Assembly: GCA_003693705.1 (NCBI GenBank)
Contig: RBZT01000328.1
Span: forward strand, 36,510 to 100,509
Reading direction: 5' to 3'
DNA from: Polymyxa betae A26-41
Taxonomy: Eukaryota > Protista > Endomyxa: Phytomyxea
DNA length: 64,000 nucleotides
A program made the position numbers and the translations under genes. Each line of letters starts with the position of its first letter. Within the stretch, counting starts at the first letter, position 1. Below, in pieces: positions 38,310 to 49,871 of this stretch. The notes below the pieces were generated by a model. The model was given only the letters and a program-made list of their open reading frames with translations. It made no database searches and had not been told where the DNA came from.

Positions 38310-38991
38310 CTATCTTTCGATTTCGGGATTGACATGATCGAGTTTTGGGGCCTCAAAATTCGTATACAAGTCATACTGATAGACTAAATTTGGGATACAG
38401 GGCTGATAACGAACTCTTCTAGCACTGAATAACTCGAAGATGAGGTCCTTATTCTCAGCAGTCGTGGTCAGAACCACTTTTCCCTGACCATATGTTAGCT
38501 CCGATTCGTAGTCGTACCTGAAACCAACCTTGTCAGGGTTCAACAGGAATGAAGCAGATTGAGCATAGAGCCTCCAAACATCTTCGCTGATGAATGGGGG
38601 ATCAATAGCGACGCAGTCGAAATGGCCTTTAAACCTCGGATCGATATCTAAAGGCGATCGAAAGTCGTAGAATTGGCAGTGTTCGTTTCTTCTCAGCGCC
38701 ATGTCGCAGTCGAACAAAGCGCATCTGGATTGGAATTCGGCGTCGTCTAAAGAGAAGTACAATGATGGCGTGCTGAGAAAAGCGCAGGAACTGATTTCTG
38801 AGGTCTGCAGAAAGTCTACTAAAGTTCGGATTGTGTCTGATGAATACCTAAGCAGCCATTAAGCGTAATATTGATAGATGAAGTGATTGCTTCGACCAGT
38901 ATTGATTAAAGTCTGGGTTTTCGCGAACCTTGGCAACGAATTCGTCGCCCTTGAATGGGCAGTCCCTGCTCGTTGCATCTTCTCCGATCAT
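38310..38991 (-). CDS. EEF1AKMT1: EEF1A lysine methyltransferase 1 (N6AMT2 family)
   Basis: ENPDFNQYWYS, AFLSTPSLY, FYDF and DPPF motifs. Confidence 0.85.
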
Positions 38992-39895
38992 TGAACGAGC
39001 AGGAGAGACAGAATGAAACTGTGACTGTATCGCTATCCATTATTCAGGCCAGGAGACGTTTCGCTGTGATAAAGATGGCTGGATGCACCAGTGATCGTAA
39101 TTGGTCTCGTTAAGACCCGATGGCAATTCATTAGGGCTGTTCTGGGTCCTGAAGGTTCAGGGTGAACAGAGATTTTTTGAAGTACGACCTCATACTTGTA
39201 TGAGACGTGGAAATCAGGATCCAGGGTCTTAAGGATCCCGGGTCTTAACTTACCCTTTCAAATGTGGCTTCAGGACTTATTCTTGAATATAAGAATAGAA
39301 TTGCCATAAACTGAGCATGTTTTTCACAACAATGAGACATTCGCAGATTGCAATGCATTCACATCCATTCTGGATAATCCTCAGCAGAAGCTGATTGCAT
39401 TAATTACCCTTTTGCTACGCCGTTCCTTAAAATATTTCAGCATGAACTGCTGAACAAGTCCACGAATGTGTCATTGACGATATGATGAAGCATATCGGCC
39501 ATGAACCGAGCTTGAAATGCCAGATTATGAACGCTAACCAGATGGCTGCAATTACAAGACTGTAATCACGACATGTCGGGCTGAGACAATCATCGTTTGA
39601 TTGTAGTGAAGTCTGTGGCAAAACCCGGACGCCATGGCATGCAATTACAAGATAATGGGTAGTCTCATCTCTGGCACTTATCTTATGTAACGTAATGAGA
39701 TTTGGGCTGAACGCATTTATGTTGCAGGATTATGTTGGGTGAGATAGGTTATTGATTACCACAAGCTTGTAGTCGATCAGGAACACGCGTCGTTCAGTAT
39801 TCGAACAGCTGCATTATCGATCATTCGTCAAAATAAGTCCCTGCCGGACTGGTCATGGGCCAGACCTGGCCCAGGATCTCATCTTTCAGTAACAC

Positions 39896-41125
39896 ATGGA
39901 TTGGTATGCTGCATCATTGTGTGTTGGTCTCTTGTTTGGGATCCTAAATTACCATTATGTAATAGTATTTCTCATGCTTGCGGTCGTTTATTACATCAAA
40001 AGGCGTCGACGAAAGTTTAATGACATAAAAAATGCATTGAGAGGAAAAACCGTTGTTGTCAATGGCGTCCAATCTGGAATCGGGCACTATATTGCTTTAG
40101 AATGTGGAGCTCGTGGTGCTATTGGTAAGCAATAAGGATATTCGAAACAAAATTATTATCTCAATGGAGCAGTCATTGTTGTAGACTGCAGTGAATCAGT
40201 TGCTGCTTCATGTGCAAACATAATTGATGCAAGGAATGGACGTGCGTTTTACTTCAGCTGTGACACGAGCAATGAGGAGGCTGTCAACCAGGGTCTAATG
40301 GTTCCTTTGCGGAAACTGCAACAAGACAAGCATATCGGTTTCACACGTCATGGTTACAATCACCATCATCTAACTAATTTTTCGTTTTAGGTCTTGTCGA
40401 GGCTCTCATAGATGTCAATGTTCGACCTCCATGCGATGCCAAAGTCGCTCCACCGGTTAATTTGGTACCGACTGAGGCCATTAAGAAGGAATTTGAAGTT
40501 GCTGCCATTGGTCACTTTATAATGCTTCGTGCTTTTATAAAGGATGTATAACGAAAAACATTCTGCCTGAGAGCTTAATTGACATATGCCCAGATGATCG
40601 AGTCAAACAGAGGGACCATAGCTATTGTGTCCTCCAGCGCTGCTCTTACAGGTTCGACGATTCTGTCTCTTTCGTTCTTTAAAGGTCATTGTGGTTTAGG
40701 CGTCGCAAATCAAGTTCATTTTTGTGCGAATCAATTCGCTGCTAGAGGTCTAATGGAAGCGTTGCGCGTCGAGCTTTGCGAATATGGCTTAACTGGGATC
40801 AACGCATTCTGGGGGTGTGTTCATCTAAAATACATAGATCCTGTTGATATCAGGTACAGGAAATGCTTCTAACAACTGTTATTTATACTGTATATACAGT
40901 ACCGATGTCTCAACAAAGCTAGTGTGTCCGGCAACAGACCTGCAGGCAGCAGCTCACGATTTCGTCGAAGGGATTTGCGACCAAAAATCGATTCTGTTTT
41001 GCCCGAGATATCTCGGATACATTTCAATATTACAAAGCGTTCTGAGTCCGACAATGTTTCATTGGGTCTGTTCGATTCTGAAGCTGTCTGGTGGTCACAA
41101 TTACCTCACTACGCTGTCTGTGTAG
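39896..41125 (+). CDS. Short-chain dehydrogenase/reductase (retinol/17-beta-HSD-like), probably catalytically degenerate
   Basis: N-terminal TM segment, VVVNGVQSGIG Rossmann motif, GTIAIVSS, FCANQFAARGLMEALRVEL (YxxxK replaced). Confidence 0.8.
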
Positions 41126-41269
41126 CAGCCTGACTCTAAGAGCGAGTGTTTATAGCAACGTCTTATTCCATTGATCGAAAGAATAAATATCACGAACGCC
41201 ATTTCTGTATTGCTTGTGGCTCTAATTCTCTCATCTAAAAACCATTCTGTCGTTATCTATCAAGTACAA

Positions 41270-41441
41270 CGTTACATACAGGCACCGCATACATAGAGAT
41301 GTATCGTTACATACAGGCACCGCATACCAAAGAGCTGTATCGTTACATACAGGCACCGCATAGCAAAGAGCTGTATCGTTACATACAGGTACCGCATATC
41401 GTTACATACAGGCACCGCATACCATAGAGCTGTATCGTTAA
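41270..41441. repeat. 36-bp minisatellite, about 5 copies
   Basis: cgttacatacaggcaccgcata(cca)aagagctgtat units at 41270, 41305, 41341, 41377, 41400. Confidence 0.95.
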
Positions 41442-41548
41442 CTGATGGCGGCGCAACCCTGAACAGCTGTGCTTGGGGAATTGGGGAAGGCTGTTGAGTG
41501 TTGAGTGTTGACATATTCAATAACTTACTTTATCAGGCAACTTTGATC

Positions 41549-42967
41549 ATGAATCATTCCCGCCGATTTTACAGCTCTCTCTCAAGGCGCTGTGTCGCAT
41601 TAACCGGCCCAGGTTTGACTCAAATTGCAGTAACTTTCCTGCTAATCACTGGTTGTTTGATAGGACAGGTGCCAAGCAGTGGTAGATTTCTAACTATTGC
41701 TGCTTCCAATACGCAATGGAACCGCTCCAGCCGCTGGGGATTCGGCGCTGGAGTTGTAACTGGATCAGCCGTCATTGCGTTGTCGTCTTCCATCGCTTTG
41801 TGTGAGAAAGACGAAACCGTGCAAGTCCCAGTTGATTATGCTCAAATTCGGAAAGACATTGTATGCGGTTGAGTCCTGTTCTAAGTCGCATTCAGTATTG
41901 TTGTAGGCAGACATTCTGGATAACGACAGCCATGATGATGGCTCTTACGGTCCTATCGTTGTTCGCTTAGCCTGGCATGCGGCCGGATCTTTCGACAAAA
42001 CAAAAGGCACAGTGTGCCCAGGAGGGTAAACATCTCAGTACCTTGAATGTCACGAGGTTGACAACCGAGACAGATCTAACGGTGCTACGATGCGCTTCAA
42101 GCCAGAATGTGACTTCGGAGCCAACGCTGGGCTTGGGATTGCTCGTCAGGTTTTAGAGCCAATTAAGGCTAAGCATCCTGGTAATTTGTAATATATGGGT
42201 TTGTGTCAGGCATTCAACTTTACCAGGTATTTCTTATGCCGATCTGTGGACTTTGGCAGCTGTCGTTGCGATTGAGCATATGGGAGGACCAACTATTTCT
42301 TGGCGTCCGGGTAAAATCAATCAACTTATCGTCTTTATTTCGACTGATGTAATCGAAAATAGGTCGAGTTGATGCTGCAGACGGCTCGGCGTGCCCGCCA
42401 GACGGCCGTCTTCCTGATGCAGCGAAGGGAAATGACGGTACCCGTGAGATTTTTTACCGAATGGGATTCAACGATAAAGAGATTGTTGCTCTAATCGGTG
42501 CACACGGTATGTTGATCTGGCGATAGGGCCTTACTGTTTTCTAAACTTGATTATAGCTCTAGGTCGATGCCACAAAAATGCTTCCGGATATACCGGAAGG
42601 TGGACAAATGCTCCAACCACTTTCAGCAATGAATTCTTCCGTCTGCTTTTAGAAGAGAAATGGTACTAGTATTTTCGTTGGTCGATTTTATTGGATTAAT
42701 TGGAGTGTTAGGACTGAAAAGCAATGGAGTGGACCTAAACAGTACGAGGACAAGACTGGAACTTTGATGATGCTTCCAGCAGACCTCGCTTTAGTTGAAG
42801 ACCCCAAATTCAGGAAATACGTCGAAATGTTTGCGAAAGATGAAGCGCTTTTCTTCAAAGAATTCAGCAAGGCCTTCAATAAGCTCATGGAATTGGGGGT
42901 TAATTTCCCTTGTCAAGGATTCTTTGGATGTTTATGGGCTTACGTGTTTGGTTGGATCAAGTGTTAA
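41549..42967 (+). CDS. CCP1: Mitochondrial cytochrome c peroxidase (class I heme peroxidase)
   Basis: Transit-peptide-like N-terminus; [57 protein letters not shown]. Confidence 0.9.
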
Positions 42968-43102
42968 TTCTACGATAACTTTCCCTGGTTAATAAGCATA
43001 AACTGCTGCATAGATTACATTGTTATTCGACAGTGACACCTTAGACACAAAGCCTATTGAGTGTGTTTATCAGAATCAAGAATAGCATTTCAATTATTTG
43101 AA

Positions 43103-43663
43103 TTATAAGAAGAACGCGATCATCAAGGTAGCACCAATCAAGCTGATAGTGACAGCAGAATAATTAGCGCTAGATGTCGCTGGCTGAGAACCTGAGTCCG
43201 TTGCAGAGCCAGATGCAGGCGAAGCCTTCTCTACATTCAGGACTCCGGCCGTCGTCGGTGCTGGCGTGCTGACGACCGTAGTGGGGGCGAACGTCAAGGG
43301 ATTGTTTCCGTTGAAAGGCACAGGAACATTACGAATACCACAATAACCCATAGTTTCAGGATCTTGGCTGCAAAAGTATTCTCCTGGCTGACCTGGATGT
43401 TGACAATCGGAATCTCTTATGCATGCGGTCCTGTTATCGCCATCATAGAAGATGCCTTTTTTTTCTTGGGCGCAAGCATCAGCACGAGTGAAGAAGTCAG
43501 AGCAAAATCCATAATGAGAGCAGCACTCGGGCAATTCAGATGGCGGGCATTCCGCCCATCCATGGTATGGACCACAGCGTAATCCTTCTATTTCCTGGCC
43601 CTTTGCCTGATCGATTGCAATTGGGACCAGTATTGCTAGAGCTACTGCTTGAAACAAAGTCAT
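43103..43663 (-). CDS. Secreted chitin-binding (CBM18/hevein-like) protein, probably GPI-anchored
   Basis: Signal peptide; RCGPYHGWAECP...CCSHYGFC; second Cys motif; Ser/Thr-rich stalk; hydrophobic C-terminus. Confidence 0.8.
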   Translation of the reverse strand: MTLFQAVALAILVPIAIDQAKGQEIEGLRCGPYHGWAECPPSELPECCSHYGFCSDFFTRADACAQEKKGIFYDGDNRTACIRDSDCQHPGQPGEYFCSQDPETMGYCGIRNVPVPFNGNNPLTFAPTTVVSTPAPTTAGVLNVEKASPASGSATDSGSQPATSSANYSAVTISLIGATLMIAFFL

Positions 43664-44733
43664 TTTGGAGAGTGAAACCTATGGCCTCTTGCCTTGTACT
43701 TTAATCTGGGACAATGAGGCACGCGCCGTTCGGTTGCCTTATTGGGCCACTCAAAAGAATTACCGATTTAAACATGTCTGATTAAGGTAGAAGGAACCCT
43801 AACGGCTAACTGCAGTAATTTGTAAGTCCAGCCTATGCACACTAACTGTCTATTTGATCATAAATCGGCGGCGAGCTGTTGGCAATCGTAGAAAGGTAAA
43901 CCAGAATAGTTTATTGCGATTTGACTCATAACAACAGCAGAGAACGATAAAGATGAACCAATCCCGTTAATTAGTCACCGACAGCGTTTCAAGCGATGGT
44001 CTGTCATCGAAGATACTTCAAGTACCTCACATGAGTTGTTGGCAGACATAAATAAATATTGTTGGAACTTTGCTGTTCTATGCGGAAGCAATCCCGCCCA
44101 CCTGTCTACGACCTTTCTAAGTAAATCCTGCATTTCCCTGTCTAGTGTCTACTACCAGAATTACTAAGGCTTGCAAGTTTGTTTTGCAACCAGGTCACAA
44201 ACGCAACGAAAACTCGTAGTGTACACAATTTGGGTAAGCATTGGACCGATTCAAACCTCAGCCAATGTCCTACTATGTTGTTTTGGTAAGTCGGGTATCG
44301 CAGTGTGAAAATATCCTCGACTTGAAATGTGATTGACTTGAATGGGATAAAATAAGCAAAGAGTGACGTGAAATAAACTGAGGGGATGTGAAATTAACCC
44401 TGGCCAGTAAATGTTGTTTTTGGACATTCACCAATGCAACGCTTTCTAATAACGCATTTTAGCACAATGCAGTGGGCAAACTCCAGGTCTAATTGCAGTC
44501 GCCGAAATTCCCATTTGGAACGCATTTGAATTGATTATTTGATCCGCATTAAGGCTCGGCTGCCGGATAGAGATCCAAAGTGCAAGCATTGGTCAATTAA
44601 TAAAGCAGGCGCTGATATGTGGATATCGAACAAATGAATAGGATGTGATGAATTCGTTGGTGTTGGGCGGATCCGTTAATTCACTAATTTAGGGAAGGAC
44701 GCCGTTCTCCCATCTTAATATAAATCTGCAATT

Positions 44734-46307
44734 ATGGTTCGTCGCGAGTGGGAACAAGAGGTTGATTATTTAACATTAGGCCAAGGCACAGATGGCGTTG
44801 TGAATTACATTAAGAAAGGATTCGTGCCTAATATGCGAGTCCCTGGTATTTTCTACGCCAATGATGCCATCCGTCCCATGTTATTAGATGAATTACGAAG
44901 TCAATCCGGTCCTGGATCAGGACGAGGTGGGTTTCTGCCTGCTTTAAGGCAAATCGCCAATGTGGCTTCACTACCTGGGATCCAGAAATACTCCATCGGT
45001 TTACCTGATTGCCATGCTGGTTACGGATTCGCAATTGGCAATGTTGCTGCCATGGACATGGAAGATCCAGAAGCTGTTGTATCACCGGGTGGTGTTGGGT
45101 TTGATATATGCTGTGGAGTTAGACTAATCAGGACCAATCTGAGCGCTGATGATATAGCTCCTTATGTCCAGCAACTCACTAACAAGCTGTACGAACTGAT
45201 TCCGGTTGGAGTCGGCAGACGAATTGGAGTTCCTATTGAAATGTCAGATTTGAACGAGATCTTGAAGAATGGAATGGCTTGGGCTGTAAAGCACGGTTAC
45301 GCCACCCAACATGATCGAGAACATATCGAAGAACATGGGTGTGTTCCTGGTGCTGACCCAGATAATGTATCCGGTCGAGCCAAAGAAAGAGGTCTTTATC
45401 AATTAGGCACATTAGGGGCAGGAAACCATTACTGTGAAGTTCAGAAAGTGCAGAAAATTTATGATGTCGAGGCTTGTCACGCTATGGGAATCAATGATGT
45501 TGATCAGATCTGTATTATGATTCACAGCGGATCACGAGGATTAGGGCATCAAGTCTGTACTGATTATATTCAGTCTATGAGACCGTTCAGAACGAAATAT
45601 AACCTCAACGATCAGCAGCTAACATGTGCACCAATCAAATCCAGTCAAGGAGAAAAGTATCTGGTCAGAAATCGGAAACTTCCTACTCTCAGTAATTGAT
45701 CTTATTTTAGTCGGCATTAGCAGCAGCTAGCAATTTTGCATTCTGCAATCGCTCAGCAATGACGACGATGGTTCGTCGAGCTTTTTACTCAGTCCTCGAC
45801 CGATCCGAGCGCGAGATGGAAATGAGAGTGATATACGATGTCGCTCACAATACAGCCAAAGTAGAAACTCATACGATTGATGGTCGGGATCGACAACTGT
45901 TAGTTCATCGCAAAGGAGCTACACGAGCATTCCCTCCTGGACATCCAAATAATCCCCACGATTATATGAACATCGGCCAGCCTGTTCTTGTTGGCGGTTC
46001 CATGGGTTCTGCATCGTATGTTTTAACAGGTACAGATTATGGAATGGAGACGACATTTGGCAGTACCTGTCATGGAGCTGGCCGTCTCTTAAGTCGACAT
46101 CAGGCTCGCAATGCTATCAAGTCTCGCGATACATTGGCCGGCCTGAAAGCAAAGGGAGTTACGATTAAGGTCGGCAACGCGAAGTTGGTCTCTGAAGAAG
46201 ATGTCGGCTCCTACAAAGACGTCGATGAAGTCGTCAACAGTTGCGAATCGGCGAAAATCTCGAAGCGAGCCGCTCGCTTGGTTCCGGTCGCTGTGATTAA
46301 AGGCTGA
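44734..46307 (+). CDS. RTCB: RNA-splicing ligase RtcB (508 aa, one intron 45664-45710)
   Basis: KKGFVPNM, PGGVGFDICCGVRL, LGAGNHY, IHSGSRGLGH, YDVAHN, HRKGATRA, STCHGAGR, terminal VIKG. Confidence 0.97.
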
Positions 46308-46589
46308 ATTCATACCCCATAGTCCACCAATCTATATACCTAACAATACAGAACTCTTACATTTTCCGGAATGAGAGAACGCGAGCTGTGTTCTGATAGA
46401 ACCGACTTCATCGACGACCCAGCACAGGCCACAGAGAGATGACGGATTGCCCCATTTAGCGACTGACATTAGAGCTTATTGATAGTAGTTGTGGCAGTAT
46501 CATAGAGTCTACTAACAGATGCCTTCCTGTACTGTATAGTGTCAAAATGATGTTAACAGATAATGCGGTAACATGATGTCATATATTCA

Positions 46590-49500
46590 ATGAGAGCATC
46601 CATTGATAATCGAATCGAGCCAGCGTCGTCGAGCAGCGATGATGATCTCGACCTGGGTGCTGATCGCAGATCAATGGGCGCTTCCAGGAAGTTTTCGGGG
46701 ACTGTTTACTCGTCATACGAGGAGTTGATCGGCGCGTGGTCTGGTCACGGTATGACATCGACCCATATTCTGCATTGATAATGTTTTGAAAATTACGAGC
46801 AGAATTGTTCAGAGTATTCTTACAGAGCGATTTTGATGCAGACAAATTCTTTGCTGAAATGCAGCAGCAAAGCATGAGCAAAGTTCTCGAGAAATTGAAT
46901 GGTGCGCTGAGAACCATCGACCAGTGCATTTGCAACTCTGTATGATTTCTCAACTATTTTCGTAAAGTTCGTTCTCCGATTGTAATATAGGTAGCTGCTC
47001 ATTTAGAAGATTTGCTGCGCCAATCGATCCAGGTATATATGTTAAAAAATGCTGGAGATTTGGCTCAGAAAATGATAGATTACTGGAGTAGAACATGATG
47101 CCGAATCGTTGCTGTCTGATTGTGCTTTGCTTAAATCTACATACGATTCAATGTACTCTTCTGTTGTTAATCCACTGGATAAGATAAAAACTCTGGTTCG
47201 AACCGCCGATGATGCTCAGGTATTTCACCCAGAACGGTGCTCATTTTCATTCGAGATGAAGCAACTATAGGAACGTGCTCAACTGCTCAGGAATATACTT
47301 CGGTTCACTCAACTTGTCAAGAAGGCCAGAGAAAGCCTATCTGTCTCTCAGGAACAATCACGCTTTGCGTCGATTCTTTCCGAGATTTCTAATGTGGTGA
47401 CAGTCAACGAGCTTCATCATATTGATCGTTTAAATGAGGATTGTAAGTGGGTTCAGCATCAGATCTCTGCAGTTAGGTCTCACGTATGTGTTGGATGTAA
47501 TATTCTTTCGCGTTGACAAACACTCAGCTCAGGCAGAATTAACTCTCAAAGCAGCAATGCTTCAAAATAACCATGTCCAGATAGGCGCTTCTTTACAGGT
47601 TGTGTCTTGAGCCGGTCATCTCAAATATGTACTGAACCAGACGCAAGATTGCCTACAATTTGTCGACTCTGCCGAGTGCTGTTGAGGCTGTTCTCAGCGA
47701 GATCCAAGCTGACTTCATTGATGGTGTTGCGAAACTGTTTGATAAGGCAAAATTATTCAGTCCACAAGCGACAAAACCGAAAGTAGACCCTAACATTGTT
47801 TCAAGGCACTCTCTTTATTCGCGATTGTTAGGATCCTGAAGGTTTAACTTTTACTAATCCCGTTCGAAGTGCCATCTGGCAACGTTTGGAAAGTGTAACC
47901 TTGTTTTGGCTCTGCTTTTTAAATGCAATCAACTCGACTCATTAGATATTTGATAACGTTTTCGATACGGTGACCTGCATCCATGCTCTCCATTCCGTCT
48001 TAAGCAAGAAATCCGATCCGATAACGCGTCATACCTACGCCGAAATCATAGGTCGCGATATGGGCGCGCTCGTTGATCTTACACTTGGATATCTGGATAT
48101 TGTTCACAAACGTCTTTGCGAACTTGCAGGTTGGTTTATGCGGGTTTGCAAGTACAAGGTTTCAGTTGTCTTTTAGATTCTACCAAAACAGTATCGAATA
48201 TACTTGTCGAAGAATTTCCCCGCCTTTATGACATTTGCGAATCATGTTGGCAACGTGGGCTTGCACGATTACTTCCATCGGATGCCCGCCTACACATCTT
48301 CAGAACTATCGAGATATTCCAAAACCGCTATCTTAGCGATCGTGTCGAAAAAGTTCAGGTTTGAGGAAATTTCTCCTGAAACGCGCTCAAGCAGCATTCT
48401 AATTGCAGCCTCAGGATCCGCTAGCACTCATGTTTCCATCTGGGGTCAATTTAGCCTCAGCAAGTGTTCCAACCATATCAGATGTCGCCACAATGCTGAA
48501 TTGCATTTTGGATACATTGGCTTCATTAGAATCGTAAGCAAATTTTGAAATCGTCTCGGGACTCTCAGTTTTATTGCAGACGAAATGATTTACAGCGATT
48601 TGTTCTCAAAGGCGTAGTGGGGCCGTTGAATCTTTGTGTATCAAAATGTGAAGGTCTGATTAATTATTTAAGATAAGCGCTGGATCCATTATTGAATTTA
48701 TTGACACAGGTCTCATTGGTAGCGAAACTTCTTTATCGCCTCTTCTTTGGAATCAATCAGCTTTTGATCGATTCAACGCTATTCTCTCAATTGCAAGTAG
48801 GCATCAGTGTTCGGATTATCATCGCTAATTCGATCTAGCTTATCTGGATCTGAATCTCGCTGCATTAGCTCAAGGCACACATCATCGTTGCCGTCTTCTT
48901 TCAAAAGAGATTAGCGAACCTCTATTGCGACCAGTAAGGCAAAATGTGAAAAACATCGGATTTCAGATTCTAGACCCAATTTTCGCTCTCACTCGTAACA
49001 ATCTTGAGCTTGCACTGGAAGCAGAATCTTCTATCATTTCTGCTGTGCAGTCTGAGCTTGATCGCAATAAAAGTAGTCTGCTTAGACTATGTTCAAAGCC
49101 AGGATTTTTGCGATTCTATATCCGACCGTTTATCCAAAAGGTGCCACTAAAACTTTGTCGCTGGGTTGCTTTAACAAACCGATATTTAGCTTGAGACCAC
49201 TATTCTCTATCGATTCGCAGCAATTTTGTCTTCTGGGGTCATTCGTATTTCAAGGATTCAACAAGTATGTGACCAGCTTAAGACAATTGAAGATCTATTG
49301 AAAAACTATGCCAACTTCCCTGATCCTCGTAAAAGGCAGGATATGGTGAGAAGGAGTGCTATCCATTTTGCATCAGTCCAGACTAATACACTGATATTGT
49401 AGGTGGCACTTGGCAAGCAGTTGGTTGTCAAAATTCCTGTCTTTCGAAACTGGATTGGTTGTGATGATTGGAGGCCACCGAATGATTCCGAGATCGCTAT

Positions 49501-49783
49501 CATTCCTAAGATAATTTTTGTCTGCTCTTCGGTTGGGATGGCGCAAAGTATTTGTTGTTTCTTCACATTCGGACGCTATTAATTGCCTTTGCTAGGTCTA
49601 ATTCCTGTTTGCGACCTTCTTTGTATATCACCGACGAAACTATATCAATTGATGCTAACACAGACCGAATCCGAAGCGATGAAGCTTTGCAGAGAACAGA
49701 TTATTCCAAATATGGTTCCAGATGATGAGAAATCTAGAAGTATTCTGCAGTTCGTAACCAATCTAGTTAACAATACAACCTGA
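46590..49783 (+). CDS. COG5: Conserved oligomeric Golgi complex subunit 5
   Basis: FLQSDFDADKF...VAAHLEDLL N-terminus; LHSVLSKKSDPIT; EEFPRL; many short introns. Confidence 0.75.
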
Positions 49784-49871
49784 AATACCGTAACATCCGA
49801 ATAATCAATCTGAAAATGATAAAAAACTATTTGCTGTATGAGAGAAAGATCGAACTGTATAATGAATATGA

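Noticed and set aside
41270-41441. 36-bp repeats as a CRISPR array
   Set aside because: Units are head-to-tail with no unique spacers, there are no cas genes, and the context is eukaryotic
41272-41520. 82-aa ORF with repeated LYVTIQLF
   Set aside because: Translation artefact of the minisatellite
43664-44733. Long intergenic region as an ncRNA or transposon
   Set aside because: No ORF, terminal repeat or recognisable RNA structure found by eye
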